From: Ostrea edulis
Taxonomy: Eukaryota
NCBI RefSeq assembly: GCF_947568905.1
Contig: NC_079164.1
Span: 109,306,001-109,370,000, forward strand
DNA: 64,000 bases
Reading direction: 5' to 3'
How positions within the stretch are numbered: position 1 is the stretch's first letter; each line of letters opens with the position of its first letter. A program made the position numbers and the translations under genes. Below are positions 37,860 to 51,400 of this stretch, piece by piece. Below the pieces are notes generated by a model. It did no database searches. It saw only the letters and a list, made by a program, of their open reading frames with translations, and was not told where the DNA came from.

Positions 37860-38320
37860 GAACAGCTTAAAATCTACATATCTCTATACTTGTGGGGTAT
37901 GAGAGGCCCTGTGCCCCTGAGATGCAAAAGGCTGAAATTTTGTAGAAGGCTTTTTGGGGTGGTTGCATGGGTCTGAGACAGACGTGGCTTCAGAAAAACT
38001 GTCTGAATGTCGGGAATATCTGTCCCCCATCTGAATTTATGCAGTTGTTGCAGCTTTCTGGCTTGACAAAAGCTGATGAATTGTTGTCGTACATGACAGA
38101 TAGTCTAAAATCTTACTTTGAGCAAGCAGATTCTCGCCTAAAAGTTTTTGGAGGATGGCTAAATTTGCAACTGACCACTGCGAAATATGCAGATTTTCTA
38201 ATTTAGGTTTAACAGGACCAGATTCGAAAATAAGCTGACCGTCCTCATTTTTAGATAACACCCTCTCTGTTTGCAATAAGGATGCATTATCTACAAAATC
38301 TACAATATCAAAATGTGCAG
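37860..38320 (-). pseudogene. DIRS-type gag fragment
   Basis: FDIVDFV...SGPVKPKLENLHISQWSVANLAIL...DYLS.TT.IHQL, then frameshifted RWGTDIPDIQTVFLKPR; resembles invertebrate DIRS ORF1 proteins (recall). Confidence 0.65.
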
Positions 38321-39804
38321 AAGGGCCAAGTATTCCCCGTAAATTTTTTTTTTTTTAAAGTTACGACTGAAGGTTCAAAGAATATTTTGAAAGTGACGCT
38401 AACTTGAGATCTGCTTAGGTAAAGAATGATAATAGGCATTTGATTGGTCAATTATTTGTTAGTTTTTGAAATTTGGCACAGATAGAAACTGATTGGTTAT
38501 TAATTACATATATAAGTGGCACTCTTGCTTGGACAACTAATCCGATAGGTTGTTGATTACATAAATAGGTGGCGCCCTCAATTGCCCCTAGGGGGATCCC
38601 TATCAAGGCTTAAAGGATCTTGATTAAAAGGACAAAAAGGGAGGCTTTGTTTGATTGGTTAAGAATCATAACAATCAAATGGGGGTAATGGTGTCCAGGC
38701 AAATACATGATGGCCACAGTCATAAATTAATAACAATTAAATTACATTGGATATTACAATACATGTAATTTGATTTACAGAATTTTATAATGTCTTAACA
38801 TGTCACAGGAACACGGAGAATATCTTCACTCTTACATGTCGTAACATATCTCAGTATCAACACTTCGAACAAGTTACGTCCCTTGTCTGCCATTCTGCAG
38901 TTATAAAATGTTGGCCTTTATAATTTTCAGATCATTTACATAAATGTCCAAATGTGGTCCCCTTGCAACCCATAACTTATTAAATAATGTTGGATAAAAT
39001 TCACAGTAGTAATCTAGCTATTACATTAATTGAATTGTTATGGACTTAGCCTAGTGATTTTTCACCATATTGACCTTTGCCTGCTCCCGCAAAGGGAATT
39101 AACTCGCCGTGAAGTGTTGATAATTAACGAATTAACTGATAACCTGACTTCTTCATGAATTTGATTTCCTTTCTCTTCTTAACTTGACATGCTGATGATT
39201 CAGTACTCTAATGGCCAGTACCTTAGAATTAAATATATGCACACAGTATCACCTCTAAACGTCAACAAACTTATAGCGAGCGCAGCAAGCCAGCGCGGAC
39301 TACGAGCTCTATTAACTAAAGCATGCGAAATAATCCCAGCAAAATCTAAACCTTTAACAAGAAAAATTTTTTGAAGCCAATCCCAGAAGTCCCTTGTCAA
39401 AAATGGCTGAGATCTCGCAAAGTCGCACCTTGGAAAATGATTGTGAACCTGCGTGGATTATCATCCTAATCTTGTGATCTCGGATTTACTGATAGGATAA
39501 AATACGGTATGATCTATTAGAATGGGTCTTCACCATAATCTGATGATTCGTTAAAGAAATCAATAATATATATGGAGTTGGACTTTACTTTCTAATGTTT
39601 GATATTCACAAGCCAATTATTATGATAATCACATTTCCTACTGAACAAAATCACTTGCCCCATCGGGCAAGTGTGTATTGAGTTTCACTTGTTCAAACTT
39701 GCATGGTTTTCACTTGTCTTGGGCAATCGGACAACCGTTAATGTTGATCCCTGCCTGGGGCGGGGCCAAATTTAATTTATGGTGTTTATATGTAAAACAT
39801 TTAA

Positions 39805-42396
39805 CTCTTAGACTGCTGCTTAAAATTTTGCAAAGATGGCTGAATTAATTTGTGGAAATCCTTGACAAATACTTGTTTTGTTTGAATGCTAATATCTCGG
39901 CCATTTTTTCAACAACATATTTAAAAGATTTATATGAAAATTCATTATAAAAAATAAGGGATTTGAATTATGAGTTTCATTTTCTCAGATTTTTGATATT
40001 TACTGGTACAGGTAAGTCTAAAGGTGAAAAATACCAGAAATGGATACCAGGTTGAATAAATGCATAATTCTTCACCATTTTGTACTTTTAGGTACAAGCA
40101 ATGAAGCAGAAATTGTTCAATGTTTATGTCAGGAATAATAACACATTTTTTTATGAGTTTATTTACACATTATGGACAGGTAACACAATTCATATCAAAG
40201 TAACAAATTGAAAAGAAAATGAAATGCAGTTTCAAAAGAAATCAATGGTTATCACTGTTATTTTTACATGATAATGTCAATGTAAGGTGGTGCAGAACAA
40301 TAATAATCAAACATGATAATGTTCATTTCACTGTCTGTGTCACTGGTGTCTTTGTACCTGTGCCAGGTAACAATACAGCTTCGTATTGCTGTAGCGAATG
40401 GTACGCATGAAAGCAGTCAGGAACACGGGATTTTTGCAATCTGGGCACCAGAAAGTAGTTTGTTTTCTTTTGAAGCCATGCCTGTCAGTTTTCTTCGGAT
40501 TGCAGGCATAACAATCCCGACACGGCTTAGCTCGCTTAGCGCCTGGCTTGGCGGGAATGTGGTCCGGAAAGTGATGTACTGTAAGACGAGCTGCTTTGTC
40601 TCCTGTGTGCTTTCTTCCTTTGCTGGTGGAAGGCTTAGGAACATCAGGAGCTTAATTTATCAAAGCTGTAACAGGAGCCATCTTGAAGTCATGACTGCTT
40701 AGTTTCTTGTCATCAGTGTTGAATTTGGTGTACAAGAGGTAGGCGTTGACAACACATAGGTTGAAGAGATGGAAGAATAACTTCTTATACCATTTTGTTG
40801 TCTTTCTCAGGCAAGTGTTGTATTGGCCCATCTGATCAGACAAGTCTACTCCTCCCATTAAACTAATGTATTCCACAATACAAGTCGGCTTCACAATATA
40901 CTCATTCGTTGTCCTGTCGCGTTTATCGAGTACTGTCATGTTGGCTTCGTGAATCGTAGTTAGCATATTCACATCTCGTTTGTTGTGGTACTTGACTGCC
41001 AGCATTTCTTCACCTTCATTCCTTTGGAAAATAACTTGGGAAGGTTTCAGCTTAATGTTTCTTTTCAGAGCTTCTGGCACATGTTTTCTGTTTTTTCTGA
41101 GTGTATCACAAGCGTAGGTGTTGTGCAGTAGCAACTTCCCGAACAACTCAGGTGAGGTGTAATAGTTGTCCATGTAGACATGATGTCCATTGTCTAAAAG
41201 TCCACATCTTGTAAGTAGCCCCATCACTGTTCTGGTTGTTACAGTGCAGTCTTCATTCACTCCAATTGCATCAGCATACTGTGTACAAGGTGTACTGCCG
41301 GTATGGATATCAAAGCCAATGCAGTAACCTGACTTCACCTCACAAACTTGGTAAAGCTTGATTCCAAACTTTGTGGGCTTTGCTGGATTGTAAATGCGAA
41401 ATCTTAGTCATTCTCTCCATGCACATGTGGTGTCATCAAAACTAAGGTCTCTTTCTGGTGAATACACCTCACTAAATACAGTCAATAATTGGTTTACAAA
41501 TGGTCTCACCTTGAATAATGGATCGAAGCCCGCCTGTCCTCTCGCACCCATTGTTTGTGAGGTGTAAGTTGCTCAGTATAAGTAAAAATCGATCCCTGGG
41601 CATCTGTTCATGGAACAATGGAGTATCCTAAACATCGTTGGTCGCCCAATAATCGCTGACATTCTTTTGCACTAATCCCATGCAGATAATCAAGCTGAGG
41701 AAAACTTTCATTTCCGCCATGTTGACTGGACACCATTGTTTGATCCGACTGAACTGGCTTACATTCCTTGCTTCTATACTCGGCTTTGAGCATACAAATT
41801 TGTTTGCTTAACTAACAAATTTATAAAATCATCATCCACAAACAGCTTCAGAAAAGTTAAAGGCCAAAAATCATCCATGTCCATGTTTAATTTCATTTCT
41901 CCAACGAACGTTGAATTCACAGGTGCGACATCTTCCCGAGACCAACATCCTCTAAGTCTACAGGAAAATCGCGGTTATTGACAGGTACAAAATCCACCAT
42001 GGGTACTTGTGCATGTGTAGTTCTGTCCCCTAATTGTATTTCTGCAAGATTGAAACCCTCAAAGTCCGATCCATTATCGCCATCGTTGTTAAAAAACAAA
42101 ATACTTCTTCGTCATCATTCCAATTCACATTTGCCATTTTACTTCAATTCAAAATATTTCCCCTAACTTTAGGCTTCTGTATTTGCCATTGTATTGTAAT
42201 AAAAAGTCTTAAGAAAGTTTCCTAACGTATAAAGTAACCAAACATTCGTACAAGTTCATTTGGGGTTGTCGCACAACCTTGACAAATGGAATTATCCCCC
42301 AAAGTCACTCAGGAATGTAAAACGACAATAGTCGCGCTCAGCAATGACGGCCCGATAAACACAACGCAACAAAAATCGCATGTAACAGTCAAAGGG
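39805..42396 (-). mobile_element. Full-length decayed piggyBac (2592 bp)
   Basis: TTAA 39801-39804 + CTCTTAGACTGCTGC versus TTAA 42397-42400 + CCCTTTGACTGTTAC (11/15). Broken transposase from ATG ~42136: SFDDTTCAW, YMDNYYTSPELF, MGGVDLSDQ, KWYKKLFF. Confidence 0.9.
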
Positions 42397-42829
42397 TTAA
42401 AATCTTCTTTGTCTCGAAAACATCTTGAAGATATGCTGTAACACTGACAGATTTCCACGCTCCATTGACAAGCTTTCAGCAAAGCTGTTGTAACCTTGGG
42501 CTTGGTATGGGTAATTCTTTTTGTGTCAAGCCTCCTTTCCTGGGAAGGAGTGCCAATTGTCTGTGTTTGGACTGCAAGTTCCTGTCTGGGGTTCTAACAG
42601 GTGGCTTTGGTATTGATTAGCCGGTTATATGGTGATGAATTAAGCAGATTTCGGTGGATTGAAAACGCAAACTTTTGGCAAGTAATTGGTCACTTCTGAT
42701 GTTACAGAAATTGATTAGTTCGTATCGATAACACTCTCACCAGGCAGTAGCAATTGAACGTAAATGTTAGAACAATGTAACACTGTGCCCAAAATTAATT
42801 TGGAAAATAAAATCAAATAATCCCAATTA

Positions 42830-43872
42830 TGGCAAGCCCTTTTACTATTTATTTGAAAAATAAGATATCTCTTCAAATTAAAGAGATATCTCTTATTTCA
42901 AAGAAATATCTCATTTAAGATGAGAGATATCTCTTAATTTTAAGATATTTCTCTAAAAAAGGAGATATCTTTCACTTAAAGAGATATATATCTCTTACAC
43001 TTAGAGATATATCTCTTTCACTTTGAGAGATATCTCTTTCACTTAGAAAGATATCTCATATGCTTTAAGAGATATCACTTTCAATTGAGAACTTTGAGAT
43101 ATCCTTTTCATTTAAAGAGATATCTCTAAGAATTCCTAGAGAGATGTCTCTCAAAGTGTAAGATATCTCTTTAATCGTTGAGAAAGAGATCTCTTTCCAA
43201 TATTTTTTTTTATTACTTTGAATACTTAAAGAATTCTTCCTAAGCTGGAAGGCCGCCAAAGACTGAATGCCCGAATGTTAGAAAAAGGACTAAAAAATCA
43301 TCCTTAAGGCTAATAGTTTTCTATTAAACAAAAAATAAACTTTCTTGGAGTCCTATTTCCTCTGAAGTTTTGTATGGTTTCATTATACCAGTGGCTAGAA
43401 TCAGCCTCTTCACAAATTGATAATGTTACCCCAACCACCTCTAAACCTTTTCCACCATTTTTACACTAGTAGTATTTTAGTTTGTTAAAAGCAGGGTTAC
43501 ATCATATTAATAGCGATACAACAGGGAGAAGTCATTATGATTACTGGGGGAAAATATCTGTTTAATTTAAAAGAGATATCTCTTTGAAAATTGAAAGAGA
43601 TATTTCTCTAACTTTGAGATATCTCTGTTTTTCATTGCTTCAAGAGATATCTTTCAAAGAGGAAGAGATATCTCCCTACCATCAAAATATATTTCTTTTG
43701 TTTAAATAGATATTTCTTTTGGTTAAAGAGATGCCTCCCTAGCTTAAAGAGATCTATTTAACTTACAGAGATATCTCTACAACCAATAGAGATATCTTTC
43801 TAATGTACAGAGATATCTCTCTCATTTAAAGAGATATCTTATTTTACGAATAAGTAGAAAAAGGGCTTGCAA
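42830..43872. mobile_element. Foldback-like MITE with arms built of AGATATCT palindromes
   Basis: TA|TGGCAAGCCCTTTT...AAAATAAGATATCTC vs GAGATATCTTATTTT...AAAAAGGGCTTGCAA|TA. Dozens of GAGATATCTC variants at 42865-43200 and 43570-43840, around a unique core. Confidence 0.75.
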
Positions 43873-44961
43873 TATCTGTTGATTGCAGATACTCTACAAA
43901 GACATAGAATTTCTCTGAAATATGTCTGAAATTCTGGATGCATGATGCCCCTCATAGTTTGCAAGACTTGAGGAGAAGGATCTCTTTATAAATGATTTAA
44001 ATTGTTAAAATCATAAATTACCTCATTTTGCTTTATAAATTAAATCACGATTACGACATACATAACAAGAGGCCTATGAGCCACAACACTTGCCCGAATC
44101 CCTTGATCTTTATCAAAAGATTTTTTTTAAGATTCCATCTTTATTCACATGAGAAATTCTTGCTTCATATAGTGGCACTGCCTCCTAAAGAGTCGTGACG
44201 TTGCCTAACTTGAACCAACACATCATGGGAAATTCTTCATTTTAATTAGCACGGCATTGTTATTCGGAAGAAGTCAACATGCACTAGGTAGAAACAGTGC
44301 TGCCAGTAATCCAACCCCAGACTGAAGAAAAACCAAAGAAAAGCAGAAATCAGTTCAGTATTGAAAAGTGGACCCATGCTGCTATTATATGTAATTTCAG
44401 AATATTAACTGCTTCATTTAGTATACAGTAATCAATAATTTGTATAGCTTTACGCACACTTACTTCTATTAAAAGCTGATCCCCAGGAAGTACAATTAAA
44501 TGAAATCAACTTAGACTTCATGAAATAACTTACATGTACTCGGCATTGAGGTAGATGTATATTTCCATTCTCCATACAACTCCGATTCAAAATCCCACAA
44601 ATACGAGTAAAACCTTTATTGCTGGGTAAGAGATGGTGGTAGTGGTCATTTCTTTAAAAGATGGATTTGCACATCAGACAATGTATGTATTGGAGATTTA
44701 GGAGTTTCAGTAGAGGCAATGGTTTAGGATGTTGTGCGTGTGGTAGAGTTGGTTGTAGATGCTTGTTGTAGTGATGGTGGAGCATGCTGTGTGAATTCTT
44801 CTTTCCCATTTATCTACCTGTCATTAGATAACAGGTAGATGAGATAAAAACTTTTTAAGTGTTTATGATTATTTTAATTATTTGCAAGCAAGTATACATG
44901 AAACAACAGTTATTATAATTTTATTTGTATCAGTCTCTTGGTATATGTTTCACATTGTCGA

Positions 44962-45636
44962 GGAAGCCCCTCCTCCGATGTTTCTCCAAGAAATTCTGAA
45001 ACCAAATGTGATGATGTCACTGATAGATTTGGAAATTTTGAAATTAGAGAAGAAATTGAAAGAGTAGAAACAAAGTCTACATTAAATGATGCATGGGGCA
45101 CTGATGTACTGGCCAGTGGTTAAGAACCTCCACCAGAATCAGTATGACAGGCTTGAGGAACTTGTGAGTACCAGCTTCCTTCCACAGTGAGACCATGCAT
45201 CTGAGATATCAGACGACCAGCGATACTTGGAGTACAGATGTATTCACTAGTGGCGTGGAGGACAAGCAAGCTGTCTGAATTTGACCAGGATGATGTGTGC
45301 AGTTTTACAGACTTGGTCTCTATAATGTCTGGAGATGCTGGGAACCTTTAAAATGCTGGAGGTGACTGCAGCCCAAGTGAGAATCAACAATTTTGGCAGG
45401 GACTAGAGGCAGATGGTGGTGCAGAAGTTGTCCCTCCCCCACTCCCTGGCAAGGTCAAGATCAACCTATAGCCCGAGAATTACTATCTAACCACAATGTG
45501 TATTTTGAGGACTCATTTCACCTCAATGAGTCTAATGGAATGTCTTTGCCTCCACCTGCCCCACGTTTACACTCAGTCTTGGCCAAGTCCAGCAATCTCT
45601 TGGCTGTGCCAGAACGCAGTTCTAGTCAGAAACCAG
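44962..45636 (+). pseudogene. GAPVD1: Decayed host-gene exon resembling the central region of GAPVD1/Gapex-5
   Basis: Frame-corrected DDVTDRFGNFEIREEIERVETKSTLNDAWGTDVLASG*EPP..QNQYDRLEEL...SEIS.TTSDTWSTDVFTS. This resembles the twin 'WSTDVL.SD' / 'ETTSEAWS' motifs of GAPVD1 (recall). Ends at a CAG|GTATAC donor; several stops and frameshifts. Confidence 0.5.
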
Positions 45637-47874
45637 GTATACATTCCTGCACACAAACGTCTAAACATCTGTTCCAGTCCAAAAAAAAAAAGGACACAGG
45701 CTTTCACACCCTCTGGCCAGTATATCATCTCCTCACTTAGAGTGCTTCTCTCGGGACTCTCAGCTTGACCAAAATGACAGTATTCAGTCAGTAAATGGAC
45801 AGATCTTGCACAGTTTTGCACAATCACTCTTTTTCCTCCTAAACCAAATTATGATCACCAGGATCATACAGCCTTTGTTCCAGTGTCTGAATCAGATGAT
45901 GCAGATTTTCTGGCATTTGAAAATGCAATGTTTAATGGTTGAAAATCTAAAGTGCAAGAAAGCTGTCTAGCTATGATTAATAACCCTTGTACTGCCAGTG
46001 ATGCTATAGATAACAGTGTCTGTGTGTGCCAAGCTGATAAGGAGCTCCAGCCACTGACTGTGCCAGGCTGATTTGTTTATTTCTGCTCAAATTACACATG
46101 CTGCAAATTATCTTAATTATCACCTCTTTCTAATCCTTTTTGCTGATAACAATCTGTGAATTTTTTTTGTAGAGAGAAACAAAGAAAAAGATTGTGAAGA
46201 ATTATTTTGATATATTGATTTGTTTAAAAGATATAAAGAAATGAAATATAGTTATTGACATAAAAAGCAGTAAATTCCCAAAATTTATTCTTAATTAATT
46301 CTGTTCAAATTGACAGCACCATTTTTATATTTCTTTATTCTACAATCATTCCTTTGGATATTTATGTTAAATTACCCTCAAATACTTGTTAAATTTGCCC
46401 ATAAAACACAATTTACACAGGGTGGTATGCAACCAAAAAAATGGAGAACAACTACACTGAATGTTCCATTGAATTTAAACTCAGTTGTGAGTGAATTGTC
46501 TTAATCAGTTCATTCAGAGTCACTACTTTCCACATTTTGGTACTGAAGACGGTTGTAAGCCTGTTTATAGTCCTTCGACGTGTGATACAACTTAAAACAA
46601 GGGTCAACACACAGTCCAATATCACATATTTTGCACTCGTATGACGACCGCACAGTTTTCCTGCCATCTCCAACACTTTTCCGTTTTCCTGTGGTTGTGG
46701 AACACACTGGACAGGTCCTCAAAGGTTTAGACTTCTGTCCTTCCTTTTGTAAAATTTTGGTCAGAAAATGACGACCAGTCAAGCGTTCCACATCCCTTGG
46801 ATCGGCTGCTCCTCGGACTTGAGTTGGCTGGGGGTTGGTCTCACCTACTAGAGACTTGATGATTTCTCTTCTAAACACACGATGCAAGACTGGTTTTTTC
46901 CCCAAGTCTTGCACAATGTTCCTTGTACAGGAGGTACAGTACACGACACGAGTTTTATACACCCCACCGTGGAGACACGGTGGAAAATCCACGGAGATAC
47001 ATGTGCACGTCTCTTTTGTCCTTCCATTTAAGCAGCTGAAGTGTACCATTTGTCATTGCTACACTTTCACCCTTCTTCAGTTTGACTGTTTTCAGGTCTG
47101 CAGGAACTCCTTTGCGGTTGACACGCATGGTCCCACAGGCTCCTGTCTGCCGCTGGAACAAGTCGTGAAACAATATTGGGGACGTATAATAATTTGTCCA
47201 CATAAAGTTTATGTCCTCGTCCAAGATAGGGGGTGATCAGTCGCATAACAAGATCATATATCTTCCCCTTGTCCTGATTCTCCTGGCTACCATGGTACAT
47301 TTCAAAGCGAGAGCAGTACCCATTGCTGGAGTCGCACAACATAAACAACTTCACTCCAAATTTATCTGGTTTGTTCGGCATGTACACCCGAAATGAAAGG
47401 TTGCCTCTCCATGCAATCATCCCTTCATCAATTGCAATATTTTCACCAGGGGAGTAAAGTTCCTCAAATTTTTGACGAAATTGATCGTATACTCGGCGCA
47501 CTTTGAAAATTGGATCATGTCCATCTTGTCCACGGGGAACTTGATTGTCATTGTTGTTCAGGTGAAACAATGACATAATCAACAAAAACTTGTTTTTTGT
47601 CATTGTGTTTCCAAAGAATGGAGTCCTCAGCATTTCATCTTTGCTCCAATAGTCATGAATGTCTTGGTGTTGTACCAGTCCCATTCCTATCACGATGGCT
47701 ATGAAGCGCTTGATATCATCAATGTCAACATCTACCCATTTCCGAAAACGAGATTGCGGCTTCAGATTTCTTCCTTGTGGCGAGTTAAAAAAGTCGGCCG
47801 CATATTTGTTTCTTGCACCATAACATTTTCAAGAAACTGTTCTGTGACGATGAGTTTAAAAAACTCTACCATTT

Positions 47875-48024
47875 TGTTGATAACGGCCAGAACGGACACT
47901 TTAGTACACGAGCATACAACACAGACTTCACAGGAAAACAGATTTATATAGAACTGCGCATGCGTGCATTGCACTAAACTACGGAAACACATAATGAACA
48001 TAATTACGATACATAATATCAACA
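47875..48024 (-). repeat. 3' LTR
   Basis: 150 bp; differs from the 5' LTR at one position (TTATATAG vs TTATAAAG). Confidence 0.97.
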
Positions 48025-48037
48025 TCCCTTTTTCTTT
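48025..48037 (-). other. Polypurine tract
   Basis: AAAGAAAAAGGGA on the minus strand, directly before the 3' LTR. Confidence 0.85.
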
Positions 48038-48432
48038 AAAGAGCTATCAAATTAGTGCAAAATAAACATATAATATAAGAGAGCATTTGACTAGAAATAA
48101 AGACTTTCTTATTATTGGATTAAACTTTTCAAATATATTAGACTGTCTTTTGTTATGTTTCATCATAAGAAAATAATCAAATTAACATTTAAAGATATTG
48201 AATCAACAAACAGTCAATCTGGAACATGATCAATGGCGAACATAGTCTTTTAATTTTACAGGTTCCTTGCGAGCACGGATAGATCTACGCAATGTTGGTT
48301 CCGGATTGTTTGTAGATAATGTTTCTTGCACAGGACAATCACTTGCATTCACTATTTCGCGAGGTGAACCGATTACAGCTGTGGTTTCAATTGGCTTTTT
48401 CTTTTCTGGAAGATTTGCTGGTTCTGGGCTGG

Positions 48433-51400
48433 TCATTGTTTTCTCAGGGGTGTATTTTGAAACGGTTTCCTCTTGTTTTCCAGGCGCACTGGGGACTTAT
48501 CTCTTATTACTGCTTCAATTTCAGTGGGTCTAATATGAAGACGATTTCTGCGATAAGTTGTTCCATCCTGTGACTGAATTATGTAGGTCTGGTTATGAAG
48601 ACAGTCAACAATTTTGCCAAGAATCCATTTTTCCTTTTCTTTCCTTTCAAAGAAAACACTTTGGTTCTGCTTCAGTGTAGGTTTGTCATAAGCCGTTTTG
48701 TTATAGTAACGTTTCACCGACTTCTTTCGTTGTTCACGTTTTGGATTGCGACTCGTCTTAGAGAGTATTAGTTTTGGAAGTCTTGTTCGAGTTGGTCTTC
48801 CAAACATCATCTCGCACGGACTAAGACCTGTATCTTGTCGAGGGGTATTTCTCTGTTCCATGAGTGCCTCGAATTGGTCTGTTCCTTCCTTGTCGCATTT
48901 AATAATCATGTTTTTGATGATTTTTACAGCCGATTCCGCCTTTCCGTTGGCTCTCTGATGGTTTGGTGAGGAGGTAACATGTCGTATTCCCCATTCCGTG
49001 GTGAATTTGCTGAATTCATATGAAGTAAATTGGGGTCCTCCATCCGAGACAATAATTGAAGGAATTCCGAAATGTGAAAATTGTTTCTTCAACGTTTTAA
49101 TCAGTTTCACTGAAGTTGTTGTTGACATCAGATCAACTTCAATGTGATTTGTGTAATAATCAACACTAACAAGGTAAGTATGATTTTTCACTTGAAAAAA
49201 ATCCAATCCAATCTTGTTCCAGGGTTTGGTTCCTTCATCATGTTGAGTAAGCATGGTTTTTGTTGGTCTAGCTTTCATCTGCTGACAGGCATAACAGTTT
49301 TCAGCAATCTGTTTTATGTCACTTTGCATGTTTGGCCAAAATACTGTTCCACGAACACGTCGAATCATAGAATCATAGCCAAGGTGAGCTGAGTGAAGTC
49401 GACGCTTAACATCAGATCTAAGAGATTTCGGAATCACTATGGCTTCTCCCTTAACGATAATGTCATTATGGACACTCAATGTATCTCGTAAGTCATAATA
49501 ATGTTTCACTGGTTCCTCTACCAAATTCTTTCTCTCTGGCCATCCAGTAGTGATGTATGCAATTAAACTTTGCAATTCAGGATCCTTTTCTGTTGCCTTG
49601 CTAATCTCTTCAAGACGAACATCTGATATATCTGGATCAAAACATACATTCATAATTCGTGGGCGATCATCTGGATCTTCTACTGTTGCTCTGCTCAATG
49701 CATCTGCAATGACAAGGTCTTCACCTTTGATGAACTTGAAAGTAATATCGTATCTGTTCAATTTCATCATGATATCCTGTAGTCTACGTGGAGCAGCTGA
49801 TAAGGGCTTTTTCAGAATAACTTCTAGAGGTTTGTGGTCATTCTCATTAATCACTTTTCTTCCATAGGTGTACTGGTCAAACTTTTCCAGTCCGAATAGA
49901 ATAGATAAGGCCTCTTTCTCGATTTGAGCCCATTTTCGTTGTGACGAAGAGAGCGAGCGCGAAGCGTATTCAATTGGCTTTCCACCTTGTAAAAGAACAG
50001 CTCCAAGACCATCTTTACTGCTGTCTGTTTGTACAGTCAATTCCAGATCAGGATTGAAGTAGGCTAGAATAGGAGTACAGGTTAGCTGTATCTTGATATC
50101 AGTAAATGCCTTTTCACACTTGTCAGTCCACTTCCAGTGAGTGTCTTTGCGTGTGAGTTTTCTAAGTGGTTCCAGAGTTGTGGATAAACTCGGTATAAAT
50201 TTGGCCATGTACTGCACCATACCACAAAATCTTCTTACACCTGACACATCAGTTGGTCTAGGCATGTCGACAATGGCTTTCACTTTTCCATCGTCTGCTT
50301 TCACTCCATTGCTAGTTACTTTGTGCCCATGAAAAGTAATTTCTTGGAGTCCGATTTCTTTTTTTTCGTCATTCAGGATGATCTTTGCTTCATTACATCT
50401 TGAGTACAGGAGTTTCAGTTTTTCCTTGTTGTCTCTTTCAGCTTCTAGAATAGTATCTCCACATCCAGTAACAATGATATCGTCCGCTATGGTAAAAACA
50501 CCTTCAATATCACCCAGAGCTTCAGTCAACTTTCTCTGAAAAATTTCACTAGAAACTTTTAATCCAAATGGGAGTCTCTGCCATCTGTATCGACCAAATG
50601 GGGTGATCATGGTTGTCAATAAACTGGATTCATTATCCAACTTAACATGCCAGTATGCCTCTTTTACATCTAACTTGCTAAACAGCTTTGCATTTTGTAG
50701 CTTGGGTAGCACATCATCAAGTACAGGTAGTTTATAGTGTTCACGCAATAATGCTGAATTTAAAGCTTGTGGATCAAGACAAATCCTCAATTTGCCATTG
50801 GCTTTGTGTACTACTGCCATCTGATTTACCCATTTTGTAGGTGTTGTAACTGGAATAAGGATTCCTCTGTCAACTAGACTGTCAAGTTCTGCTTTCACAC
50901 GGTCTTTGATAGCGAGAGGGAGTTTTCTACATGGGAGAGTTTTTGGTTGGATCTTGCTATCTATTACAAGGGTAGCTTCTCCAAGGTCACCTAATTCTGA
51001 TTTAGATGTGGTATTCAGCTTCGAGATAAACTTTTCACCATTCACTGTGATGAGATTCATTTTCTTTATAACATCAAGTCCTAATAAACTCTGAAGTTTA
51101 TTGCTTACAACTGCAAATGTCACATTCACCACTTCTCCAGATTTTGGGTTTGTAACACACAGGTCTACTTCTCCTAAAGTTTTCAAAGGTGCTGCATCAT
51201 ACACGCGCAGAGTCGATGAGGACGGACGAACTTGTTCCTTTCGAACATACTTCTTTTGGATCGTATTGGTTTGCGCACCACTGTCCAATTGGAAACGTAC
51301 GTCACAATTGTTCACATTCATAACTGCCGTTAATGAATTATTATTACAGTTCAGCGAGTTCACAGCATTCAGCCAGTGTTCATCTTCATCAGATGACTCG

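Noticed and set aside
44540-44817. Thr-rich stalk plus hydrophobic segment (membrane-protein pseudo-exon) on the minus strand
   Set aside because: Needs at least two frame corrections and is low-complexity; cannot be supported without a search.
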